A DNA stretch of 64,000 nucleotides, taken from the IMG/VR virus record IMGVR_UViG_3300023174_000062. One strand, 5' to 3'. This stretch comes from a virus. The notes beneath the pieces were generated by a model. That model made no database searches, was not told the DNA's origin, and saw only the letters and a program-made list of their open reading frames with translations. Of this stretch, positions 55,736 through 64,000 are shown one piece after another; positions within the stretch are counted from its first letter, which is position 1, and the number at the start of each line of letters is the position of its first letter. A program made the position numbers and the translations under genes.

Positions 55736-56485
55736 ATGAGTACAAGCAAACCAGCATCAAGAGAAGAATTCAAACAATTCTGTCTTAGAAGACTAGGTGC
55801 GCCTCTCCTAGAGATAAACGTAGCAGACGAACAAGTTGAAGATTGCATAGAGATTGCGTTTTCATATTACTACGACTATCACTATGACGCAACAGAGAAA
55901 GTCTATCTAGCACATCAAGTCACACAAACAGACATTGACAATAAGTATCTTTCAATAGATGATTCTGTCATTGGTGTGATTAATATTCTTCCATTGGGCA
56001 ACAGTTATTCTACAAACAATCTATTCAATTTGAGATATCAGATTGCACTTAACGATTTGTTTGCTTTCAATACAGGTCCTTTTGCACCATACTACATGGC
56101 ACTTCAGAACGTTGCTTTAGCAGAAGAGTTGTTTGTTGGTAAACAAGCGATTCGTTTTCAACGTCACTCAAATAAACTTTATGTGGATATTGCTTGGGGT
56201 GAGAAAGTTGTTCTCGGAGAATACATCATTGTTGAAGCATATCAACGAATCAATCCAGACACATACACAGATGTTTATAACGATAGATGGCTACAGAAAT
56301 ATTGCACATCACAAATCAAAAAGCAATGGGGTGAAAACTTGAAAAAGTTTGAAGGACTCTCTATGCCAGGCGGAGTTACATTTAACGGGCAGAAAATATA
56401 TGACGAAGCAGTTGAAGAAATCCAGACTATGGAATCTGAAATGATTAGCACATACTCTTTACCTGTTACTGACATGTTAGGCTAA
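55736..56485 (+). CDS. gp13: neck protein
   Basis: CLRRLGAP..EINV..EQVEDC, KKQWGENLKKF, PGGVTFNG. Confidence 0.95.
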   Translation: MSTSKPASREEFKQFCLRRLGAPLLEINVADEQVEDCIEIAFSYYYDYHYDATEKVYLAHQVTQTDIDNKYLSIDDSVIGVINILPLGNSYSTNNLFNLRYQIALNDLFAFNTGPFAPYYMALQNVALAEELFVGKQAIRFQRHSNKLYVDIAWGEKVVLGEYIIVEAYQRINPDTYTDVYNDRWLQKYCTSQIKKQWGENLKKFEGLSMPGGVTFNGQKIYDEAVEEIQTMESEMISTYSLPVTDMLG

Positions 56486-56489
56486 TCTC

Positions 56490-57302
56490 ATGGCACGTAA
56501 TCGTTATTTTAATCAATACACTCCCGTCAAACAGGAACAAAATCTTGTTGAAGATTTAGTCATAGAGTCTATTAAGATTTATGGTGTAGATGGTTATTAT
56601 TTACCAAGAACGGACGTAAATTTAGATAAGATTTACGGCGAAGATGCGTCTATGATTTTTGATGATGCACTCGAATTAGAATTGTACATTAAAAGTTTTG
56701 AAGGATTTCAAGGTCAAGAAGACTTTCTTTCAAAGTTTGGTTTGCAAATCGATGAATCAATCACATTCGTTGTTGCACAGAAACGTTTCACGCAGTCATT
56801 GAAGCCATCATTCATAACAGAATATGGTTACAACTTTAAAAATGAAGATGGTGAGTATTTGCTAGATGAGCAATCATATGACTATGCAAACATTCTAAGA
56901 CCGAGAGAGGGAGATTTGATTTGGATCCCTATGCTTGGCTACATGTACGAAATTAAATTCACAGAGAACATTGAAAACTTCTTTCAACTAGGTAAACTCT
57001 ACACATACGAAATGCGTTGTGATAGATACGAATACTCTAGCGAACGTATTGATACTGGTGTTGCAGAAATTGATGGAATCGAAGATCAATACAGTCTTTC
57101 TACTGATAACATTCAAAAGATATTGGATGAAGAATCAAATATCTTTGCTTTAGAAGATGACACTAGACTTGTTGCAGAAGGAGACACGGTTATACCATTT
57201 GAAGTTTCCGCAGACAATGAATCTATTGGTCAGAAAATTATTGATGAAGATGTTCTCGACTTCTCAGAGAAGAATCCATTTGCACTTACAAGGACTTATT
57301 AA
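56490..57302 (+). CDS. gp14: neck protein
   Basis: EQNLVEDLVIESIKIYG, YLPR, LSKFG, RPREGDLI, FFQLGK, FSEKNPF. Confidence 0.93.
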   Translation: MARNRYFNQYTPVKQEQNLVEDLVIESIKIYGVDGYYLPRTDVNLDKIYGEDASMIFDDALELELYIKSFEGFQGQEDFLSKFGLQIDESITFVVAQKRFTQSLKPSFITEYGYNFKNEDGEYLLDEQSYDYANILRPREGDLIWIPMLGYMYEIKFTENIENFFQLGKLYTYEMRCDRYEYSSERIDTGVAEIDGIEDQYSLSTDNIQKILDEESNIFALEDDTRLVAEGDTVIPFEVSADNESIGQKIIDEDVLDFSEKNPFALTRTY

Positions 57303-57304
57303 CT

Positions 57305-58033
57305 ATGATGTTCGGTCACGATTTTTACCATGGTGCGTTAAGGCGTTATGTCATCATGTTTGGAAACTTGTTTAATGAAATTCAAGTCGAAAGATATAAT
57401 AGCGATGGAATTAAACAGCAAACAATCAGCGTTCCTATTGAATACTCGCCAAAGCAAAAATTTGTTCAACGTGTTTTAAGTGATCCCACATTGAATCGTG
57501 AGATTTCTGTTAGTCTTCCGAGACTAGGCTTTGAGTTCACTAGCATTACATATGCACCACAGAGAAAATTGAATAGCGCACATAAAATTGTGAGGGGTGT
57601 TGACGCTGGAGGTACAGATTTTAATTATACCTACACGCCAGTTCCATACGATATTAACTTTTCTTTATATGCATTAGTTAGATATGCAGAAGATGGTACG
57701 CAGATTGTCGAACAGATTATTCCATTCTTCACACCAGATTGGACAGTCACTATGAAATTGATTCCTGAACTAGGAATAAATATGGACATACCAATTGAAT
57801 TGACTGGTGTAACTGTTGATGATTCATACGAAGGCGACTTTGATGGACGTAGAATTTTGTCTTGGCAGATGGACTTTACTGTTAAAGGCTATCTATTTGG
57901 ACCTAGCAGAAAGTTCAAGTATATTTCAAATGCTGAAGTCAAGACATTTATTGACACTGGCATTGTAAACATACAAACATTTGATGGCGATGAAAACTTT
58001 ACTGTAACTGAAACTAAAACAAACGGCATATAA
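57305..58033 (+). CDS. gp15: tail sheath stabiliser / terminator
   Basis: FGNLFN, VPIEYSPKQKF, LPRLGFE, PVPY, QIVEQIIPFFTP, KGYLFGP. Confidence 0.93.
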   Translation: MMFGHDFYHGALRRYVIMFGNLFNEIQVERYNSDGIKQQTISVPIEYSPKQKFVQRVLSDPTLNREISVSLPRLGFEFTSITYAPQRKLNSAHKIVRGVDAGGTDFNYTYTPVPYDINFSLYALVRYAEDGTQIVEQIIPFFTPDWTVTMKLIPELGINMDIPIELTGVTVDDSYEGDFDGRRILSWQMDFTVKGYLFGPSRKFKYISNAEVKTFIDTGIVNIQTFDGDENFTVTETKTNGI

Positions 58034-58455
58034 TGAAAAAAACTGTTGATGATAAATTGAATGACATATTTGATGTGCAAGGTAAGATTGTTGAACAAGC
58101 ACTACCCGCAGTAGTGGAACAACCAAAAGATATTGTTGGCGCACCGAATGATGATTCTATAGATGCCGACTATGAATATGCAAGAGAAAATCTAAAGTCA
58201 TTCATCGAACAAGGCAAAATTGCTATGGAAAACATTATCTTTTTAGCAAAAGAAGGTGAGTCTCCAAGAGCATACGAAGTTGTCGGTCAGTTGATTAAAA
58301 CATTGTCAGACACTAACAAAGATTTGTTAGACTTGGGTAAAAAAGTAAAAGAGTTAAAGAGTAAAAAAGATGATACACAACAACCACAGCATGTAACGAA
58401 TGCATTGTTTGTTGGTAGCACAGCAGAATTACAGAAACTAATTGGTAAGAGATGA
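58033..58455 (+). CDS. gp16: terminase small subunit
   Basis: DYEYARENL, SPRAYEV, NALFVGSTAELQK. Confidence 0.93.
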   Translation: MKKTVDDKLNDIFDVQGKIVEQALPAVVEQPKDIVGAPNDDSIDADYEYARENLKSFIEQGKIAMENIIFLAKEGESPRAYEVVGQLIKTLSDTNKDLLDLGKKVKELKSKKDDTQQPQHVTNALFVGSTAELQKLIGKR

Positions 58456-60071
58456 CAGCGAAATCCTATCTAGGAAATTCTCTTTTAAAAGCATCTGGTG
58501 TTCCTCTCAACTTCACAAAAGAAGAAATTGAAGAATACTTGAAATGTGCTGACGATCCTATATACTTCATTGAAAGTTATTGTAAGATTGTCACGCTAGA
58601 CCATGGGCTTCAGCCATTTAAACTTTATGATTGTCAAAAGAACAAAGTAAAGATTATCCATGAGAATCGTAAAGTCATTCTTATGGAAGGTCGCCAACAA
58701 GGTAAAACAACAACATCGGCTGCCTACATTCTATGGTACACATTGTTTCAAGGAAGCAAGACTGTAGCGATTCTAGCAAACAAAGCAACAGCCGCTAGAG
58801 AAGTTTTGTATCGTTATCAAATCATGTATGAGAATCTTCCCACATGGCTTCAGCAAGGTGTCACTACATGGAACAAGGGTGACATTGCTTTAGAGAATGG
58901 CTCAATCGTATTCACAGCCGCAACAAGCGCATCAGGTATTCGTGGTAAGTCAGTTAACTTATTGTACGTTGACGAAGCCGCTATCATACCGAACAATGTA
59001 GCAGAACAATTCTTCACTTCAGTTTATCCTACGATTTCTGCTGGTGAAACGACAAAGATTCTGTTAAGTTCTACCCCACTAGGATACAATCATTTCTGGA
59101 AGTTCTGGAATGATGCAGAGAACGATAGAAACGGGTTTGTCAATCTGTTCATTCCTTACTGGGAGATTCCTGGACGTGATGAGAAGTGGGCATCTGAGCA
59201 AAGAAGATTGCTTGGTGAGTTGAAGTTTAATCAAGAGGTTCTTTGTAACTTTTTGGGTTCTAGTCTCACACTCATTGCATCTGACGTTATAGCGCAAATG
59301 TCTGCTGATCCTATCATATATCAAAAAGATGGGCTTGATATATATGAGAAAGTAGAAAAAGATCACGCATACTGCATCATTGCAGACACCGCTAAAGGTG
59401 TTGGTGGTGACTACTCAGCATTTCAGATTATCGATATAACTCAAATGCCATACAAGATTGTGGGTAAGTACAGAAACAATGAAATTAGTCCACTTTTGTA
59501 TCCGTCAGTACTTTACAGAGTTGGTAAAGAATACAATGAAGCATATATTTTAATTGAAATAAATTCTTCAGAGCAAGTTGCAGAGATTCTTTATGGTGAA
59601 TATGAATATGAAAATATCATCTCTGTTAGCAGAACACCTCAAGGACAAGTTGTCAATGGGGGCTTTGGTGGAGGTAAGACTCAATTAGGCGTTGTCACGG
59701 ATAAGAAAATTAAACGCATTGGTTGTTCTAACTTCAAGTCTATGGTTGAAGAGAAAAAACTAGTAATTCGTGATGCAGATACAATATCAGAAATTTCAAC
59801 GTTTATTGAACGAAAGAATAGTTATTCTGCTGACGAAGGATATCACGATGACTTGGTTATGCCTTTAGTTCTATTTTCATGGTTGACAACAAACACATAC
59901 TTTAAAGAGTTGACTAACATTAATATCAGAAAAGAGTTGTACGAAGCAAGAATCAAAATGATTGAGGAGGAAATAACTCCATTCGGTTTTATAAATAATG
60001 GTGAAGATAATGAAGTTTTTAAAGACAATTCAGGACAAGTTTGGGAAACTTATAAAAGTGAATTTTTATAA
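58452..60071 (+). CDS. gp17: terminase large subunit
   Basis: GRQQGKTT, ILANK, YVDEAA, SSTPLGYNHF, HDDLVM. Confidence 0.97.
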   Translation: MTAKSYLGNSLLKASGVPLNFTKEEIEEYLKCADDPIYFIESYCKIVTLDHGLQPFKLYDCQKNKVKIIHENRKVILMEGRQQGKTTTSAAYILWYTLFQGSKTVAILANKATAAREVLYRYQIMYENLPTWLQQGVTTWNKGDIALENGSIVFTAATSASGIRGKSVNLLYVDEAAIIPNNVAEQFFTSVYPTISAGETTKILLSSTPLGYNHFWKFWNDAENDRNGFVNLFIPYWEIPGRDEKWASEQRRLLGELKFNQEVLCNFLGSSLTLIASDVIAQMSADPIIYQKDGLDIYEKVEKDHAYCIIADTAKGVGGDYSAFQIIDITQMPYKIVGKYRNNEISPLLYPSVLYRVGKEYNEAYILIEINSSEQVAEILYGEYEYENIISVSRTPQGQVVNGGFGGGKTQLGVVTDKKIKRIGCSNFKSMVEEKKLVIRDADTISEISTFIERKNSYSADEGYHDDLVMPLVLFSWLTTNTYFKELTNINIRKELYEARIKMIEEEITPFGFINNGEDNEVFKDNSGQVWETYKSEFL

Positions 60072-60074
60072 ATA
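60067..60074 (+). promoter_or_regulatory. T4-type late promoter
   Basis: TATAAATA overlapping the gp17 stop, upstream of gp18. Confidence 0.85.
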
Positions 60075-60113
60075 AATTAAACAAACCCACATCATTATAA
60101 CAAGGAGAATTCA

Positions 60114-62018
60114 ATGGCTATAAGTCTAATTTCACCAGGCGTTAAGATCACCGAACAAGATTTGGTAACGTCTAATCAATCAGCATCATCAACAATTGGC
60201 GCATTTTCTGGACAATTTACATGGGGTCCTATCGAAGTTGCTACTCAAGTAGCAGGCGAAAGCGACTTGGTAAATCAGTTTGGTAAACCAAATACAAATA
60301 ATAACGTAGACTTCTTGTCTGCCGCAAACTTTTTGGGATATTCTTCTCCATTGTTTGTTGTTCGTGTCGCTAACACAGCACTAAACGCTACAACAGAAAC
60401 TGCTACAGGTTCTGGTGGTACTGGTACAGGTCAATTAGTTAAGAATGATGATGCATATTTAAATACAGCATCTTTTAACATTGGTCCATTCATTGCAAAA
60501 TACGCAGGCGACTATGGAAACGCACTTAAAGTTTCTACTTGCCCATCTTCAACTGCATGGTCTTCTTCATTGACTGGAACATTTACAGTTGCGGCTGGTT
60601 CTACTCAAGTTGTTGGTGCTGGTTCTGCGGCAAACACAGAATTGAGAGTTGGCGATCAAATCGTTCTCTCTGGACGTACTGCAAAAGTACAATCTATTGC
60701 AAACGCAACATATTTCACATTAGACTCTGCACACTTATCTGGTGCATCTGCTGTTTCTGCTACTCGCCGTTGGGAATTCTTCAATGAATTCGATCAAGCA
60801 CCAAGCACAACAGCACAAGCCGCCGCAGTTGGCGCAACTAATGATGAAATGCACGTTGTTGTCGTTGACAGAACTGGTGCAATCACTGGTACAGCAAACA
60901 CAGTTTTAGAAAAATACGCAAGCGTATCTAAAGCGGCTAATGCAAGATCAGAAAATGGTGGTACTAACTACTACAAAGAAGTTATCAATCAGCGTTCTGA
61001 TTGGGTTCGTTGGACTGCTCACGACAATGCTGGTACAAATTGGGGTACAAACCTTACAGCGGCTAACGGCGCACCAACAACATACACTTCAGTAACTACT
61101 CCTAAGAACTATAACTTCAATGGTGGTTCTGATGGTACTACTTTAACAGATGGTGATCGTGTAACTGGTTACTTGAAGTATGCAAACAAATCTGAAGTTC
61201 CAGCAACAATCGTTATTGCTGGTCAAGCAAACGCTACAGTAGCAAACAGAATCATTGGTGACATTGCTGAAGTAAGAAAAGATGCTATCGTTTGTATCTC
61301 TCCATTGAGAGCAAACGTTGTTAATAACTCTGGTTCTGAAGCATCTGCAATTGCAACATGGGCTGATACAGTCACACGTTCTACATACGCATTCGCAGAT
61401 AGCGGATGGAAGTATCAGTACGACAAATACAATGACGTATATGTTTATGTTCCATTGAATGCTGACATAGCAGGTTGCATGGCACGTAATGATGCAAATG
61501 CAGAAGCATGGTTGTCACCAGCAGGTTTTAACACTGGTCGTATTCAAAACTTAGTTCGTTTGGCTTTCAATCCAACTCAAGCAGAGCGTGACACACTTTA
61601 CAAGACTGCTGTTAATCCAGTAAGTACACAAGTTGGTCGTGGTACAATCTTGTTTGGTGACAAGACATTCGTAACAAGAAACACATCAACTAACAGAATT
61701 AACGTTCGTAGATTGTTTATCGAATTAGAGAAAACAATTGGTGTTGCGGCTGATAACGTATTGTTCGATCAGAATGATGAAACTACTCGCTCAAACTTTG
61801 TTAACTTGATTACTCCTTATTTAAGAAGTGTTCAAGCACGCCGTGGTATTGCCGCATTCAGAGTTGTTTGTGATGGTAGCAACAATCCAGAAGACGTTGT
61901 AAATGCCAACGAATTTGTTTGCGATATTTTCGTACAACCAATCCGTTCTGTTAACTTCATTCAACTCAACTTTGTGTCTGTAAGAGGTACTGCTACTTTT
62001 AATCAAATCGCAGGCTAA
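60114..62018 (+). CDS. gp18: tail sheath protein
   Basis: SPGV..TEQD, WGP, FGKP, WLSPAG, RINVRRLF, QPIRSVNFIQLNF. Confidence 0.97.
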   Translation: MAISLISPGVKITEQDLVTSNQSASSTIGAFSGQFTWGPIEVATQVAGESDLVNQFGKPNTNNNVDFLSAANFLGYSSPLFVVRVANTALNATTETATGSGGTGTGQLVKNDDAYLNTASFNIGPFIAKYAGDYGNALKVSTCPSSTAWSSSLTGTFTVAAGSTQVVGAGSAANTELRVGDQIVLSGRTAKVQSIANATYFTLDSAHLSGASAVSATRRWEFFNEFDQAPSTTAQAAAVGATNDEMHVVVVDRTGAITGTANTVLEKYASVSKAANARSENGGTNYYKEVINQRSDWVRWTAHDNAGTNWGTNLTAANGAPTTYTSVTTPKNYNFNGGSDGTTLTDGDRVTGYLKYANKSEVPATIVIAGQANATVANRIIGDIAEVRKDAIVCISPLRANVVNNSGSEASAIATWADTVTRSTYAFADSGWKYQYDKYNDVYVYVPLNADIAGCMARNDANAEAWLSPAGFNTGRIQNLVRLAFNPTQAERDTLYKTAVNPVSTQVGRGTILFGDKTFVTRNTSTNRINVRRLFIELEKTIGVAADNVLFDQNDETTRSNFVNLITPYLRSVQARRGIAAFRVVCDGSNNPEDVVNANEFVCDIFVQPIRSVNFIQLNFVSVRGTATFNQIAG

Positions 62019-62046
62019 ATAACTACAGACAATAAAGGAGATAGAA

Positions 62047-62640
62047 ATGGCAGATTTTTCAATAACAAAGTTTAGAGCGGCCATAGGGACTGGCTCTAGA
62101 CCAAACCTATTTAAGGTTGTGGTAACGCCTCCAAGAGCAACAGGATATGATTTGACAGGGTTTGAATACTTGTGCAGATCAGGTTCGCTACCATCATCTA
62201 CATTAGGCACAATTGAAATCCCTATGAATGCTGGTCGTAGATTAAAAATGGGCGGTGATAGAACATTCACAGAATGGACTTCAACCGTTCTTAACGATGA
62301 AGGTTATAAAATTCGTTCTGCTATTGAAAAATGGCAGAATGATATCGTTAAGGTAAATTTCGATTTAGGTGTAATCGGAAATAGATCAGCATCTATTGGC
62401 GCACAAGATGGAAATGGTCTTTACGGTTCAGTTACAATTTATCAATTAAAAGAGGACGGAAGTTCTGTTCCTAATGGTAGTTATAGATTGGTTAATTGCT
62501 GGCCAACAGACATTTCAGCCATCGACTTATCATACGACACAACAGATGCAGTAGAAGATTTCACAGTAACTTGGACTTACGATTACTTTGAAAATGGATT
62601 TGAAGGCGAATCTGCTATTGCATCACTAAGTAAAGGATAA
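62047..62640 (+). CDS. gp19: tail tube protein, paralogue 1
   Basis: SRPNLFKV, LP.S.LG.IEIP, GDRTFTEW, WPTDISAIDLSYD, FTVTW. Confidence 0.9.
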   Translation: MADFSITKFRAAIGTGSRPNLFKVVVTPPRATGYDLTGFEYLCRSGSLPSSTLGTIEIPMNAGRRLKMGGDRTFTEWTSTVLNDEGYKIRSAIEKWQNDIVKVNFDLGVIGNRSASIGAQDGNGLYGSVTIYQLKEDGSSVPNGSYRLVNCWPTDISAIDLSYDTTDAVEDFTVTWTYDYFENGFEGESAIASLSKG

Positions 62641-62645
62641 AAATT

Positions 62646-63218
62646 ATGGCATTCGCAACACTCACACAACTAAAAACCGCTTTAGTTAGAGGCGCAAGAG
62701 CAAACCTATTTGAAATTGAAATGGGTTTCCCAGCATCTCTTAGCACAGTAACTGGTGGCGCTACAGACTCATTAAAACTATTATGTAAATCTGGTGCTGT
62801 ACCAGGCTTTACGATTGGAACAATTGAAGTTCCATATAAGGCTGGTAGAAGAATTAAGATTCCAGGCGACAGAACATTTGCTGATTGGTCGGTAACAGTT
62901 ATTAACGATGAAGATCATAAATTACGCCGTGCATTCACTTCATGGGTTAATTTAATTTCTAAATCTAATTATGACTCTCCTACAAAGTCAACAGCGCAAG
63001 ATTATTATAAAGATATTATTGTTAGTCAATTGAATGCAGATGGTGCAGTTGTTAGAAAATACAAATTAAATGATGCATATCCAACTGACGTTGGCGCATT
63101 AGATTTGTCTTTTGATAGCACAGACACAATTTCTGAATTTACTGTTAACTTCCAATATCATCATATGCAAGCGGCTACTGGAACTACTGCGTTTTCTACG
63201 ACACTCGATCTAGCATAA
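62646..63218 (+). CDS. gp19: tail tube protein, paralogue 2
   Basis: GARANLFEI, GTIEVPY, PGDRTFADW, YPTDVGALDLSFD, FTVNFQY. Confidence 0.9.
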   Translation: MAFATLTQLKTALVRGARANLFEIEMGFPASLSTVTGGATDSLKLLCKSGAVPGFTIGTIEVPYKAGRRIKIPGDRTFADWSVTVINDEDHKLRRAFTSWVNLISKSNYDSPTKSTAQDYYKDIIVSQLNADGAVVRKYKLNDAYPTDVGALDLSFDSTDTISEFTVNFQYHHMQAATGTTAFSTTLDLA

Positions 63219-63282
63219 CTGTATAAAAAGACTTAAATAATGTATTTTACGCAACATAAATAATTGCGTAATAGTTGTCAAT

Positions 63283-63314
63283 AATGGGGGCTATTACGCC
63301 CCCATTTCTTTTTT
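63283..63314 (+). terminator. intrinsic terminator-like hairpin just upstream of the portal gene
   Basis: AATGGGGGC-TATTAC-GCCCCCATT followed by TCTTTTTT. Confidence 0.8.
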
Positions 63315-63328
63315 AGAGAGACTCAAAT

Positions 63329-64000
63329 ATGGCGATAAAACTTTTTGGATATAAAATTGGTAAGGATGATGCTGAATCAGAACAGTTAAAATCGTTTGTC
63401 ACACCTACCGATGATGATGCGGCAGTATCGATTTCAGGTGGTGGTGTATATGGCACATACATGGACCTCGAAGGTCAGATTAGAAGCGATGCCGATTTAA
63501 TTAAAAAATATCGTGAGATGGCACTTCAACCAGAATGTGATGCGGCAATTGAAGACATTGTGAATGAAGCACTAGTTTTTGAAAACGGTGACTATCCAGT
63601 TCAAATCATTTTAGATAAACTAGAACAGCCCGAATCAATTAAGAAAAAGGTTCGTGATGAATTCTATTATATTATGAAACTGCTTGATTTTAACAATCAA
63701 GGCTACGATATCTTTCGTAGATGGTATGTTGATGGACGCTTATACTATCACATGTTGATTGACGATAAAAATCCTAGAGCAGGATTGAAAGAAGTTCGTT
63801 ACATCGACCCACGTAAGATTCGTAAAGTACGTGAAGACAAAAAACAAAACAATCGTCCAGGTACAGTAGACACAGCACAAAGATTTTATGAATACTTTAT
63901 CTACTCTGATAAAGGTTTTGCTAGAGACGGTTCACAAGGTATCAAGATTGCTTCTGATTCAATCTGTTATGCCAACTCTGGTATCACAGACAAAGATGGT
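63329..64000 (+). CDS. gp20: portal protein (partial, runs off the window; not in ORF track)
   Basis: MAIKLFGYKI, LIKKYREMALQPECDAAIEDIVNEA, IFRRWYVDGRLYYH, RYIDPRKIRKVRE. Confidence 0.95.
   Translation, partial: MAIKLFGYKIGKDDAESEQLKSFVTPTDDDAAVSISGGGVYGTYMDLEGQIRSDADLIKKYREMALQPECDAAIEDIVNEALVFENGDYPVQIILDKLEQPESIKKKVRDEFYYIMKLLDFNNQGYDIFRRWYVDGRLYYHMLIDDKNPRAGLKEVRYIDPRKIRKVREDKKQNNRPGTVDTAQRFYEYFIYSDKGFARDGSQGIKIASDSICYANSGITDKDG

Noticed and set aside
1-64000. Stop-codon reassignment, introns or inteins in core genes
   Set aside because: Conserved genes (gp17, gp18, gp32, gp6, gmd, phoH) are uninterrupted and of ordinary length in the standard code; TAA, TGA and TAG all end genes.

Overview
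A 64-kb segment of a large, AT-rich, T4-like myophage genome, read in the standard genetic code. Family assignments come from recognising motifs and synteny by eye; no database search was run. Layout: (i) 1-4.1 kb, tightly coupled small early ORFs behind host sigma70-type promoters; (ii) 4.1-9 kb, nucleotide and repair genes (HAD nucleotidase, metallophosphoesterase, pyrimidine-dimer glycosylase-like, FmdB-like, PhoH, PD-(D/E)XK exonuclease); (iii) ~9.0-9.3 kb, a circularly permuted two-piece tmRNA gene with tag ANDSRFALAA, suggesting a betaproteobacterial host; (iv) 9.3-18.4 kb, a 12-gene nucleotide-sugar and glycosyltransferase island; (v) a SleB-type hydrolase followed by gp33-gp59-gp32; (vi) a minus-strand hub operon (gp4, gp2, tube-like protein, gp26, gp51, holin, 1844-aa tape measure); (vii) the plus-strand late virion cluster from gp48 to a partial gp20, including two tandem Gly-rich adhesin-like paralogues and two tail-tube paralogues. 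The strongest candidates for undescribed biology are the phage-borne permuted tmRNA, a probable SD-stimulated -1 frameshift joining gp26 to gp51, and a possible virion glycosylation system. The last links the sugar island to an A-N-x-T motif at the same position of a small domain inserted in three virion proteins.
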